From the human T2T-CHM13v2.0 reference genome, Homo sapiens: a DNA stretch of 64,000 nt. The stretch lies in the NCBI RefSeq assembly GCF_009914755.1, contig NC_060926.1; one strand, given 5' to 3'. The stretch's first letter is position 1. Each line of letters starts with the position of its first letter. Made by a program: the position numbers and the translations under genes. The notes beneath the pieces were generated by a model that saw only the letters and a program-made list of their open reading frames with translations, was not told the DNA's origin and made no database searches. Below, one piece after another: positions 1 through 16,617 of the stretch.

Positions 1-29
1 GGTGATTTTGCCTTAAAGCCAGGGAAAAG

Positions 30-230
30 AAGAAAGAGAAAAGTGTTTCCAGTAGAGGGAACATAAGTATAAGGGCTCAGTGATGAGAGTGTGGATGGTG
101 TATTGGAGGAACAGGCAGTAGTTCAGGAAAACCCAAATCGGTATCATGGCAAAGAGGATGGAGAGATATTGAGGTTCCCATTGTTAGAGATAAGAGGCTA
201 TTAAAGGGCTTATGATATGACAATCAGAAC
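30..230 (-). mobile_element. L2 LINE relic
   Basis: gtgtttccagtagagggaacataagtataagggctc resembles the antisense L2 3' region; very diverged. Confidence 0.4.
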
Positions 231-524
231 AGAAAACTAATGGGATGGAAAACTAATCACCAGGAGTTTCTGGAAGCTTTTGAGATTGTTGCTCTGGTAA
301 AGAAAAGTCCAGAAGTGCTTGGCATGTCTACAGAAGAAGTCTAGATGGTAAGTCTTTATTTTCAGTAGCTAAAGAATGTTACATTCATCTTATTTTCCTA
401 CGGAACTGGTTAAAGTCAGATTCACCATCACATACTCATACATGCATTCCCAGCTCCCATCTAGTGACTCGCAAATGGCTGCTCAATAAAATGTGAAACA
501 GACTCCAGAGGAAGAATGAGTACT

Positions 525-992
525 TATATTAGTTTCCTGTGATGGCTGTAACAAAGTACCACAAATTCGGTGACTAAAGATAAATGTATTCTTACAGTTC
601 TAGAGGCCAGACAACTTTCATCAGTATCACTGGGCCACAATTAAGGTGTGGGTAGTGCAGGGCTCACTCCAGAGCCTTTGGAGGATGATTAACTCCTTGC
701 TTCTTCCACCTTCTGGGGGATGCTGGCATATCACAGCACTCTCTGTTTCTGTCTTCACATCGCCATCTCCTCTATGTGTCTATCTAGTCTCCCTCTGCCT
801 CTCTCTTATAAAGACACTTGTGATAGCACTTAGGGGCACCCTAATTATCCAGACTCATCTTCCTATCTCAAGGTCCTTAATCATATTTCCAAAGACATTG
901 CCTTATAAGGTAACATTTAAAGGCTCCAAGGATGAGGACCTGATATCTTTGGCAAGGGGCTAGGGTCAGGGGTGTATTTTCAAGTGACCATA
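525..992 (-). mobile_element. MaLR solo LTR, MLT1D-like
   Basis: Starts tatattagtttcctgtgatggctgtaacaaagtaccacaaa and ends gaccata; exact 5-bp TSD GTACT at 520-524 and 993-997. Confidence 0.85.
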
Positions 993-1419
993 GTACTCAT
1001 TCACAATTCTTAAAATCTTCAGTATTGAGGGAAGAAGAGGAATAGAATTGCATGCAAACATTCTAGGACGTAAGCATTAAACTCTAACATGGAAGGAACC
1101 GTTTAACCTTGGTCTAAATATCATCCTAGTGAGCTGGCAATTCTGTGCTGTAGCGTGCAAGTAGGTGTCAGAAAGGTCCCTAGGAACAAATTATCATCAA
1201 GAAGCTTTGAGTAATTTAGTGTTAAGTGAATTGTAAGGAACTTGAGGGCAAAACCAATGCCATTTTGTAGTTCCCACAGGGATTAAATCCAAAAGAGATA
1301 TCTCCATGGTCTCCAGAAGGTCCTAACATAAAGCAGGTCCTTTCAGAGTTTTATTGAGATGGGTTAAAACTTCCAAAGGAGGATCTTCATTTGAACCATA
1401 CATCCAACACTGGATTTTT

Positions 1420-1550
1420 TTCCATTTATATAAAATGCATATATATATGTGGATACCTTCCATTTATGTAATAAACATATAGGTATATGCCTTTTTCCAT
1501 TTATATATAAATGTATATATATGTCTATACATTCCATTCATATGTAAATG
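1420..1550. repeat. Degenerate ~38-bp AT-rich minisatellite, ~3.5 copies
   Basis: Anchor ttccatt(t/c)at recurs at about 1420, 1458, 1495 and 1532. Confidence 0.6.
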
Positions 1551-1563
1551 AAAAATTATGCAT

Positions 1564-1617
1564 CATATATCATATATATGTGTGTGTGTGTATATATATA
1601 TATATACACACACACAC

Positions 1618-1654
<37 letters not shown>

Positions 1655-1657
1655 TAT
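1564..1657. repeat. Compound (TA)/(TG)/(CA) microsatellite
   Basis: (TG)6(TA)8(CA)6(TA)n(CA)n read directly. Confidence 0.95.
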
Positions 1658-1849
1658 AATGCATCAAAAAATACCCTCTATGCACCAGGCACTGCTCTAG
1701 ACCTCTTGGGTGAAGTTTCACGCTAGAAATAACTAAATGAAATAAAATAAGTTCTAGGTATTTTTCAGTCCAGCACTGTATCCTATCCAAATTACATTAG
1801 TAATGTTGGAATCAGTCCTAGCCCAGAACATAGTAGAAGGGAAATTCAA

Positions 1850-2035
1850 AAGTGTCCTAGGCACTTCACATGTGCCACAATCCTCAATTCTCACCAAGAC
1901 TCTGTGAGATAATGTTATTATCACCATTTAAGAAATAATAAATCATGACTCAAAAATTTCAATAAATGCATGAAATCATACAGCTAATTTGGAGTGATCT
2001 GTGATTAGAATTCAGGTCTGCCTGATACCAGTGTT
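1850..2035 (-). mobile_element. MIR SINE
   Basis: ctgtgagataatgttattatcaccattt...tagaattcaggtctgcctga matches the antisense MIR core. Confidence 0.7.
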
Positions 2036-4943
2036 CCTAATTTTTTCATCATACCAATCTTATTGCTCAGAAGCAGAACTAGAATTTAGATGTCCTTGGA
2101 TCCAGTTTTGAGTTTTGCCATTATGCTATACACCAAACGATAAATCCTTGAAATAGGCCATTTCGGGATAAATAGGATAACACATTATTTTCCCACTACA
2201 TTTGAGGAGTTGATCTCCTTAAGATGGAGTATAGGTCAATAAAAAGAATAAGTTCAAGTAAGTGTAGCTAAACCAATGGATCACAGGGTCATAAGCATCA
2301 AGAAAATGAACTTCATGGAATACTGCTCACTTTTGAGTCTGCTGCCACTAAGAATGGTCATGACCTTACACAAAATATCCTTGGGGACATTGATAGAGAC
2401 AACAGTAATTTTGCTTTCTTTTGTTTCAGATAAGAGATGAGAAATTTGTAGAATTTTTCTTCTAAGTTTAAAGATATGGCTTGCTAATATTAGCAGGACT
2501 CTGAGAACATATTTTTCTGATTTCTATGGCTTTTACATGAGCCAGAAGTACAACTACAAATAGTAAAATGTTCCTATTAAGTCATGGTAGAATAAGGGTT
2601 CTGGGCATGCCAAGGCTGTGGCTCCTGCTTTCTCTTCTCTAACAATCCTTGGCATCCTAAGGATGTCACACAATTTCTTCCTACAGTGAAGGACAGATTC
2701 ATGCTGTTACTTTTTTTTTTTGAGAAATCTTGGTTGAAAGCACCAACAGTGATACAACTTGGTTCATTTTGTCATTTTTTACTCCCTTGAATTACTACAT
2801 AAATATTAATAGCTAAACACATTGCAAACAGGTGGAGCTCATTCTGTCTCTGGAGCGCTGCCACCGTTATGTGATATCTCAGATGGGTGACGAGATTTTC
2901 CATGTGGGGAGGGCGGTCTGTCATTCCATGCCAACCCCATTGGACACACCCTTGGCTTGGAGTCCTTTATTTCCTGTGATATCTCTATGACAGCCTTCTT
3001 GGTCTTTTAACAGTTCATTCAGTAGAGTGGGAAGGAGTAACACATTCCATTTAAGAACCACATTCACTCCACTGTGTATCTGGTTACTTTCTTTCAGACA
3101 GTGGCTGCTACTGATAAAAACATGGAATAGAGTTCCCAATATTTAAAGGTGCACATCAGTTATGCGTGAAATATGTTTCCAACACATCTAAATTTATGTA
3201 TGCTTGATGAACTTTTCAAATTAAGAGAGTCACAGAGCTATTATGGTAGATAACATTATGATAAAGTCCCTCTTTTGTCTCCTGATTGGCAAATTCAAAG
3301 CTTGAACTATAGATCCAGCCAAAGTAATAATTTATTCTCTTACAGTCTATCAATGCATAAGTGGCATACTTCTTTTAAAAGGCTTTAGATAATATTTGTC
3401 TACCTTTTATACTGAATGATTTTTTATATCTATTACCTTCAATGCACCAAACGTATTTCAAAATAAAATTCAGAAATACAGCTGTCTTCCATTTTGCTAG
3501 GCATAATGGCTAGTGTATTTTTCCTATATCAGTAAACGATTCACTTGTACTTGTTTCATAGGAAGCAAGTATGTTTAGAATTGTCCTGGACTACGTTGAA
3601 TGTGTGTGATTTTTTTAAGACTAGTAAGTGCATGAGGCTCAGTGTACTTGAATTTCTTAACTGTTTCTATTTTATCATAAAATTTAAAAACTTGACCCAT
3701 AAGCTCGAATGACCCATCTTCCAAATCTTATGCATTAGAAAAGTTTCTGATGTACTGCTGTAACTTGACACAATTTAGATTTTTTGATTTTATGGAAGAG
3801 GTTTAATTTGGTCCCAACCATGAAGCAAAATGTAATTTTACTGTCTTCTTATTGGTTAGTTACCATATGTTAATGAAAATAAAAATATTGAGGTAAAACC
3901 ACTTTTTTTTTTCATTGAGGTAACACTGTTAACATTCATTTAGTAATCTGCATTTAAATGGATTAGTTTTCTGGTAAATTTAAAATGATTTAGTCAGTTT
4001 TTATTTTTTATTTTTTTCTACTTTGAGCTTAAATCGGTGCCTCCCTCATTTTCTCTCTCTGTCTTGCATTATCTTGGGTACAGGGTCCTCTTCAGGGTGG
4101 TTTTGTTACATGCTTTACTTAGAGAGACAGCCCATAACTGCCATTATTTCATACAGGACTCTGTGGCAATCTACTGCAGGAACTCATATACTTAGATGAT
4201 TCAAACGAAGATAGGAAGTGTCCAGAGAAATGAAAAATAAGTTATGGGAGGAAGGAGACATAGCTTCCATTTTCATCAGACTCAATGTATGCAGATTGTT
4301 TTATTACAGGCAATGTATACAGAGGAAGACCAATGTGACTTATGATTCACAACCGTAAACTCAGCCTTTTGCTTGGATTGCTACATAGACATGTGACTAT
4401 ATCACAAATATGCAGAATCCCAGATTTTCTTCCCATTGACTGATGTCTTTTAAACTTTTTTATGTTGAAATTCAAGGTCTTGAATTGAGATAATTATATA
4501 TGAACTAATAACCGGGGGATAATAGACTTCAGAGAGGTCTCATCTTATGGACTGTTTTTCCTGATTGGAGAAAATAAAAACCAGTGGAGAAGAATAGGGT
4601 GGCTTCCTACTATGACAATCTGAAATTTCACTCCAAGGCTTCCCTGTTCATCTACTCAAATGTGAGATACAGAGATACAATTTATTTAACTCATAAGAAT
4701 AAACTGTTCATCCCATTTGAAGAAACAATTACCTGTTTTGTTGAAGCAACCTTTTCAGTTTAGTTTTTCAGTTCTATTTATCAGTTTTCCCTTACTTGCC
4801 TATGAGTTTATAGGATATTGGGGGTGGTATACTATTTGTCTTTGAAACTCTAGTTTAGGACAAATCATGAATTAAGAGGTGGCAGTTGACAAATATTGAC
4901 TGAATGCTGAGTGAACAAATGCCTGCACTCATCAAAGTATGAT

Positions 4944-4946
<3 letters not shown>

Positions 4947-4984
<38 letters not shown>
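4947..4984. repeat. (TG)19 microsatellite
   Basis: Direct read. Confidence 0.97.
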
Positions 4985-4986
<2 letters not shown>

Positions 4987-5627
4987 AAGTGATATTTTAG
5001 ACAGCTATAACAAAGTATTTCTTTGAAAGTTTCGTTTCAAATTAGAAAATTTCATTTTCTAATTAACAGACAGGGTTGGTAACATATGGGGGGGTATGCC
5101 AACTGTTAAACATTAAGAGGCCATAAATCAGGTATAGTTGTTGAGATCCCTTTAGCTACCAACACTAGATGGTTAAAGAATCATGACTTTGATGTTGGAA
5201 GAGACTTTAAAGCACTTATAGTGTGAACGTGGATATTCTAATTGGGAATATGGCATAGTTTAAATTGGTTTGAAACAATGACTAATCATTGACTCTCTCA
5301 CCTTCTAAAAGTGACCCGTTTGCCCTTTAGAACACTAAGGAGACAGTAACCCAATTAAAAACAAGCCCCCAAATTCCACACGACAGTAGAGCTGAGAAGC
5401 TCAGGAAGCACACCTTTCTTTCCACTCACCCTTGAAGAAGACATGCTGAAACCCCAGTGCAGCAGAATCAGAATCCAGATGCCTCCCTACTGGGTGCCAC
5501 TTTCAGATTTCCCCAGAAAATAAAACTGAGTGTGTATATCAGGGGGTTGAGGGTAGATGTGATGGTTGTGTGTACAGATGTCATCATAAGTTCATTCACT
5601 CACATTCTCGAGGTTTTGACCCCTGCC

Positions 5628-5630
<3 letters not shown>

Positions 5631-5698
<68 letters not shown>
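5631..5698. repeat. (CA)19(CT)15 compound microsatellite
   Basis: Direct read. Confidence 0.97.
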
Positions 5699-5701
<3 letters not shown>

Positions 5702-6207
5702 CAGACTTCATGATACCATAGATTCTTCTTTGCAAATTACACAAAATTATACATTAATATTCTCATCTTTACTTACTTATTTGGCAAAAACAAGTCCACA
5801 TGCCAATATCTAGGGTCACCTATATGATGCTTTTACCGGAAAGTTACAGAATGTTTTATTGTATTTTTCTGTGAGGAAATTTTGAGAAGAGCAGCCTTGT
5901 CCTTTTTTCATAGCAATATCCATTGACCATTTGTATCACTCAACAAATATTCATTGGATGTTTACTGTGCACCTGGCACTCCTCTAGGTCTGGAGAGGTT
6001 TCAGATACTAACAATAAAGAGGAGAGAAAAGGAGAGGGAGGACATAAAGAGGAAGAGATGCCATCGTGATAAATCATAAGATGCCTTTCCCAAACTGGCA
6101 GCTCCTGCTTTTCTCCCTGCCCTCTCGGCCACCAAACAAACAAACAAACAAGATGTGGGGTCCTAGGAAATGTCCTTGTTGCTGCTGGAAATATTTGTAA
6201 TCCCTTT

Positions 6208-6494
6208 GGCTAGGTTTGGTGGCTCACACTTGTAATCCTAGTGCTTTGGGAGGCTGAGACAGGCAGACTGCTTGAGCCCAGGAGTTTGAGACCTGCCTGG
6301 GGCATGGCAAAACCTCTGTTTCTACCAAAAATGCAAAAATTATCCAGGTGTGGTGGTGCATCCCTGTAGTCCCAGTTGCATGGGAGAATCACTTGAGCCC
6401 AGGAGGTCGAGGCTGTAGTGAGCCATTATTGCGCCCCTGCACTCCAGCCTCGGCGACAGAGTAGACCCTGACTCAAAAAACAAAAAAGTAAAAA
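6208..6494 (+). mobile_element. AluJ
   Basis: Dimeric Alu with J-type cttgagcccagg in both arms; 19-bp TSD gaaatatttgtaatccctt at 6188-6206 and 6495-6513; small right-arm deletion. Confidence 0.93.
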
Positions 6495-6551
6495 GAAATA
6501 TTTGTAATCCCTTCTATGTCTTGATAGACATATTTGAAGATAATGAAGTCC

Positions 6552-6804
6552 AATCCCAGCACTTTGGGAGGCAGATGTGGGTGGATCACTTGAGGTCAGG
6601 AGTTCAAGACCAGCCTGGCCAACATGGTAAAACCCATCTCTATTAAAAATATAAAAATTAATCCCAGCTACTTGAGAGCCTGAGGCATGAGAATTGCTTG
6701 AAGCTGTGAGGCAGAGGTTGCAGTGAGCCGAGATCGCATCACTGCACTTCAGCCTGGGTGACAGAACGAGACTGTCTCAAAAAAAAAAAAAAAAAAAAAA
6801 AAAA
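6552..6804 (+). mobile_element. AluSx-like, both arms missing their 5' ~25 nt
   Basis: Begins at aatcccagcactttggg; the linker joins directly to atcccagctac; long pure poly(A) tail. Confidence 0.9.
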
Positions 6805-7374
6805 ATTATTTGTGGAGTTTATAAAATCCTGGCCAAAGTCACTTCATGGAATTTTATCAGTATTAATAAAGCACCAGAGCTCTGCAAATACTCTGTGAGA
6901 TATTCAGGAGTATTTCAGTTTTCCTTAATCTTAAGAATGCTGTTAAAACTGTCTGCTCCTAAACACAGGTTGAACAAACTTACAGAACCATACTTTTTCA
7001 TATGATACTTGCCTTGTGGCCTCATGAGGACCTCTCTCAGAAGCAGTAGATACAATAAAGTACTGGTTCATTAATCCAATAGCCTGACTATACTGTTGAT
7101 TTGTGGGTGTCTCTGAATCAGTCCCCTTTGGGGCCTTGGTTTTCTCATCTGTACCGTGAGGAAGATAGTGAATGGAGTCAGATTTATTTGGATTCTAATT
7201 CTAGGCCTGTCACTCACTACTGTGCAACTCTGGGCCAGGCACTTCAGGCTGTTCGTTTTCCCCATCTGTAGCAGTGGCTCAGAACAAACGTTAGATTATA
7301 TCAAATGTTTGAAAGAATGCTTCATGGAAGGCTCTGCACGTATTCCTTTGATGCTCAGAGGCAGGTGAGTGACA

Positions 7375-7500
7375 GGGTGAGTGGAAGCTACATGGGAACA
7401 GAATTTGGCTCTCTATAAGCAGGATCATTTTTAATGTCAGAGCTCATTCAAAAATGGAAGATATTGTCTCAGGAACATCAAATTACTTATGGACTGACTA
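7375..7500 (+). mobile_element. L3/CR1 LINE relic
   Basis: gaatttggctctctataagcaggatcatttttaatgtcagagctcattcaaaaatggaa resembles the L3 3' region. Confidence 0.5.
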
Positions 7501-8587
7501 TTGTTAAGTGGTGACAGATTTCAGATCTGACCTAAGCATCAGAAAAAAAAAAAAAGAAGAAAAAGAAAACTTTCCCTATATTTGAACCAAAATCTTTCTA
7601 TATTTTCTGTTTCACTTTAAATTTTTTACATCTGTTTTCTAAAATTACCACTCGATTGACTGTTCTTTAAATGTCATCAGTGAATTTCTAATTCCTGAAT
7701 CTAATTTTAAAAGCCTTTCATTATTTACATATGTTACATCTACTTTTCAATGGCTACTCAATAAATACTATAGTCACAACCCTATCTTTTTTCCTGAAGT
7801 CTGAGACTTTGGCAAAATTTGTTTTTTTCCTTGAAACTTTCTCTTTCTTTAGTTTTTACACACTAATTTGTGAAATCCAAATTCCAAACATCTCTTCCAA
7901 TCTTTTTTGCTGCTCTTTTCTTAGGTTACTTTGTGGGCTTCTTATTCCCTGACTCTGAAATCTGGGAGGACACAGATCCTTGCTCTTTCTTCTTCTCCCT
8001 GGGTGAGTTCATCCCATGTCAGCCAAGATTCACAGAATGAAACACTACTGCTTTCTTTCTTTATTCTATATGATGAGTTAAAGTTTCTCTTGTGCATTAA
8101 AAATGAAACAGATAATGTACCATCCTTAAGAGAACTGAGAAAATGGTCATTTATATCATTTTCTATAAAAATTAGTTAAAACTTGGATTGAGAAAGACTC
8201 CTCTCCAAAACCTCTCTGGGCCAGACCACTCAAGACCCATGTTTCCAACAGCTTACTAGTCATCACCTGGATAAACTGGAGCCCCTCAAGCCTGTCATTG
8301 CCCTCACAGCTTTCTCTTCATCTTTGTGCCTAATGATACACTATTTTTCAGTCACTTGTTCAAGAAGCTCAGGAGGAACCCCAACTTCTTTCATCTCTGA
8401 AACTTATAATGTACTAAAAATGTCTTATATCAGTTCTTTTCCTTTCTGTCCTACAGGCTAAATTTAGCCCTTTAGTATATTTTATTTGGACTATTATCAG
8501 GGAGAAATAGTTCTTTACCTGAATTTCTGCTTGCACATAGACTCATCAAGCAACCACCAACATCTTCTACTGATCCTTTAAAACTGT

Positions 8588-11992
<3,405 letters not shown>

Positions 11993-12904
11993 AAAACTGT
12001 CTAAATCATCTCTTCAGCATGTAAATAAGGTTTTTTTGTTCATTTGGTTCTATCTTGATGTGATTGCTCCTCTTTCTTTGGCATGGCATGCAAGGTGTTT
12101 TATATCTTCCTGCCCAGGTTAATTTTCTGAATCCCTTGATGCAATCTGTCTTCTACTATTGAATAATATGAAGTTCATTGAATGTACATCATCTTTTTCT
12201 TTTTGCTCTGAGCTTTTACTTTTGTTGTTTCCATTTCCTAAGTACCATTCTCCTCTCTATGTATCTGGTAAACCTTGTGCTTCCTTTATTATTCAAGTAA
12301 AATGTACTGTTCTCATTAATACTCTAATTACCCGGTTGATTAGTGTAGTAAAGTGTCTATAACATAATAAATACTTAATAAATGTTAAAACTTAAATATC
12401 ATGTCATATACTAATACATGTTATTTTATTATTATGGTGTTGAAGATGGGATGTAGGCTCTAGGTGACAGGTTGTACCAACAAAATTGTAGGTTTCTTCC
12501 AGTTCTGAGATTCTATAGGTCTATGATTTATTCTAAACTAAATATTAGCTCACTGGCACTTCAACAAAATTCTTTGGCCATAGTTTCTCCTTGTTGTGTC
12601 CAGGATAAGCCATATTTTATAGGACTTCAACAAAAAAAATCATATTTTATTACTCCCCTCACCTACTCCTGTGACCTAGTTTAAGTTTAAACAAGTCCAA
12701 GTCACTAAAGTCTCCACCTTACCTTAGGGACAAAAATGCCTGGAAGAGAAATCTCTAATTTTCTCAGCAAAATAAGACTTTAAATATCTCCCTAGCCTAC
12801 CTTAGTGCTCCGTGTTTTTACTTCCTTTCTCTCATCTTTTCTCCTCCCTCCCTGCCGACATTAGCATAAAAATGTGCTACCCTAAGCAGTCTGTTAACTG
12901 ATAA

Positions 12905-13228
<324 letters not shown>

Positions 13229-14559
13229 AATCACCTGTTATTTTTATAGCTCAAAGGTAGACACCATTTCAATAACTAGAGTTGAATGGGTAGGATTTGT
13301 TAGTGCTTTTTAGATGCATCATTGTAAACTCGAGGTCGTTTAAAATGGAGCGATTGGAAGCTTGAAGTATTAGCCCATAAACAATCAAGCTTTAGAATTT
13401 TGCTATCCTTAAATTTTTGTCTGCATAAAATCATTGTATATCATATTTTATCATAAAGAATCTTGGTTGCTGTCTAATGCTTAAACTGAAAATCTCTACT
13501 ACATTTAATTCATACCAATGTAATCATCAAACAAAACTCAGATCAGAACATCCTCTTCTATTCCAGCAGGGGCTTCCTTTGCTGTAAGATACTTTTCAAA
13601 GGGTCCCTGAAGCAGCAGACGTGTGCTTTGTAAGCAATTATTTTCCAAGTTTGTATTTCTAAATCACTTTAGGTACAATGAGGTGACACTCAAGTTAGAA
13701 GTGGGTCTGCTTCAGGCCCCAGGCCTTATGGCACCTGGGATTGCTGGTAGAGGATTGGATTCTAAATCAATTTGAATAAAAGAATTATTTAAAAAACCAA
13801 AGGACTTAGGTTGCCAAGATTTTTCACTGTGATGAACCATTTTTGCATTATAGGGCCTAGTCACCCATTTAAACATGACAGAAAAGGAAAAGAAAACTAC
13901 AAATTCTGGAAAGGAGGATGAACTATTTAATCACACAGATATGAAAGCAGTCAACATGACCTTGGATCAAGATGTACCTGTTATTATACTCCAATATATC
14001 TTATATTATGTAATTGTCCAATAGTGGCCCAACAGGTTGAAATTTTAATATGGTTAATTGAATGATCAATAAACTATTTAAAGTATATGATCTCATTTGT
14101 TCTTAAATTCTAGCCCTTGTTGACATGATCAATACACAATTTGTCACAAATAACCAGCAACATTATACACAGTTAAGTAAACTGAAAAAGTGTAACACGT
14201 ATTTGTGTGTATAATAGATGATTATTTTAAATTAAATAATTATTTTTAGTTTTACAAGTATTGAATGAATAATTCTTCAGGATATAATGCTGCTGTGTTA
14301 AAAAAAAGGAATAATTCTTGATGTAAAACTCCAAACAATACTGAAAAATATTGAGTTAAAAAGACACTCCCCACTTATCCTGAAGCCAATACTATTAATA
14401 CGTTAATGTATATCCTTTGAGGTCTTTTACCATGCATTCATAATGTGTTGCACTATGTTATATATACATACATAAATATACCTGTAGAGTTTTAGATATT
14501 TAAAATTGTTATTGTCTTTATTTTGTTTTTAGGGAGGCCTCATCTCATATGCACACAAA

Positions 14560-14790
14560 ACTCAGGAGTCAGACGGCCTGAATTTAAAATCTTCAGCCTT
14601 CTCCAAGTCAATAGACCTTTCTGTGCCTCAGCTTCCTCTTATTTAAAATATGGATAATAACAGTATACACCTCAAAGAATTTTGTGAGAATTGTTGCATG
14701 TGTATGTGTTCCACAATTCTTAATACTTCATATACATGAAATACTTATAACCATTGCTAGCACATAGTAAACATTATATAAGTATTGTTG
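14560..14790 (+). mobile_element. MIR SINE
   Basis: ggagtcagacggcctgaatttaaa...ctgtgcctcagcttcctc...gcacatagtaaac. Confidence 0.75.
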
Positions 14791-14989
14791 TTTTTATTAT
14801 TTTATACTCTACAACCCTCCTTTCACTTAATAATATATCTTATGATTTTTCTGGATCATTCCATAAGGATTTATCATATTCATTTTACATGTTGCATAGT
14901 ATTCCATACTCTGGAAGTAATTTATTCTCCTGTGGATAGATCTTTAATTTTTTTCTATTTTTCAAAATTAGCATATGTTGCAATGAGCA

Positions 14990-14991
<2 letters not shown>

Positions 14992-15030
<39 letters not shown>

Positions 15031-15035
15031 TGTGT
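14992..15035. repeat. (TG)n microsatellite, interrupted
   Basis: Direct read. Confidence 0.95.
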
Positions 15036-16311
15036 ATCTGCATTTCTGTGAGTACACCTGTAACTTCCATTCCTAGAATTAAATTGTTGGATCAAATGGT
15101 ATAAAAATTATCTTTTAAGAAACCCACAAATCATCATCTAAAATGCATTAGAAATTTGCATTGCACCAACAGTGAGTACATGTGTCTTCACAACCTCCCC
15201 TGCACTCCAGCAATTCTATACAACTCTTTTAAAGTTGCAATTCTCTCATTGGTAAAATTGGGCATTACCAACCAAATAGAATATTAACACTTTTAAATTT
15301 CATGTAATCTAATGAATAAAAAATAGTAAATCGTTTTAAAAATAATTTTGGATTTGTCTAATTAATGATAAAGTTGGACATCTCATGGATTATGTATTTT
15401 TTGTCTATATGTTGGGTTTTATCTTTAAATTGATGATTTTCAAGATCTAACATATTATGAATATTAATCATTTGAATCAGATATATCAAATATTATTCAT
15501 ATTCTTTGCATGCTTTTAAATTTTGTTAATGTCTTTTATTACTATAAAATCTTTACATTTCATTGTAGTAAAAATGTCATATGACTTCTATATTTTGTGT
15601 TCTAGATAATGCATATTAAGACTTTCCTATTTTTGGTAGTTTTTAAATATGGAAATCTTGAATCCACCTGAAATTCACATTTCTGTAAAATAAAGTGTGA
15701 AAAATATCTGTCTTACTTTCTGCATATGAATAGCCATAGCTAACACAATTTAGTAAGTAGTCTGTCTTTCACCTAATTATTTGAAATGCCATTATATTAC
15801 ATACTAAATTCCCATATATAATGAGTCTTAGACTCATTATGTTCTCTACTGATAGACTTATATTCTCTATTCTGTTCCACTAATAAGTTTGTCTATTCAT
15901 GCACCGATACTGCATAGTTTTAATTAAAATAGCTTTATAGTATGTCTTAATACCTGTTAGGGCAATACCATTACTACTGGTTTTTTTTCAGTTTTTTTTA
16001 CAGCTATCTTTATTGTTGTTATCTTCCAAATTAATAATCAATTTGTCAAGTTCTGCAAAGCCAAATTGAAAGTTTTATGAGAATTTAAATTTATAGATCA
16101 ATTTAGTTGAACTCTTTTAAATTCTTTTATTCAGGATCATGTTATTTATTTCTACTTCCTTCAGTAGAAGAAAGTAAAACTGACTTTTATCTTAGTTAAT
16201 TTGTGTTTCCATTTGAGTTTATCTTTTCTGAACATGACTTTTATTTCTATTTTTATCTATTACCTGATGTGTCATTCATTACCATTTTGTAATTTTCTTC
16301 ATGAAATAGGA

Positions 16312-16550
16312 ACAATAATAATGATAAACTAAACCTACCATAGAATTTACTCTGTGCCAGGCACTTTTCTAACTAATTTACACATATTCTCCTTCTTTAA
16401 TCCACACAAAAATCCTGTGAAATAGTTATTATATTTTGCATTTTTAACACAAGGTAATAGAGGTACATTAAAAAATTGCTCAGCATCATACAGTTAGTAA
16501 GCAGTAGAGCTGTGATTCACATTTAGGTAGTCTGGGTCCAGTGGTTATGT
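16312..16550 (-). mobile_element. MIR SINE
   Basis: ttactctgtgccaggcact...tttaatccacacaaaaatcctgtga...cagttagtaagcagtagagctgtgattc. Confidence 0.75.
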
Positions 16551-16617
16551 CCCTAGGAATTAGTTAGGTATACTATCATTATTTGTGTATTTTATGTCAT
16601 GATACTTTGTAATTTTT

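Noticed and set aside
1511-1790. ORFs with YIYI/HTHT/VCVC runs (also at 5457, 14785, 19355-19776, 34362)
   Set aside because: Translations of dinucleotide microsatellites
2921-3139. 72-aa minus-strand ORF as a gene
   Set aside because: Non-ATG start, no recognisable domain and no supporting splice structure
340-7372. Isolated splice-like sites (donors ~348 and ~7365, acceptor ~2429)
   Set aside because: Unpaired single sites of this quality are expected by chance in 64 kb
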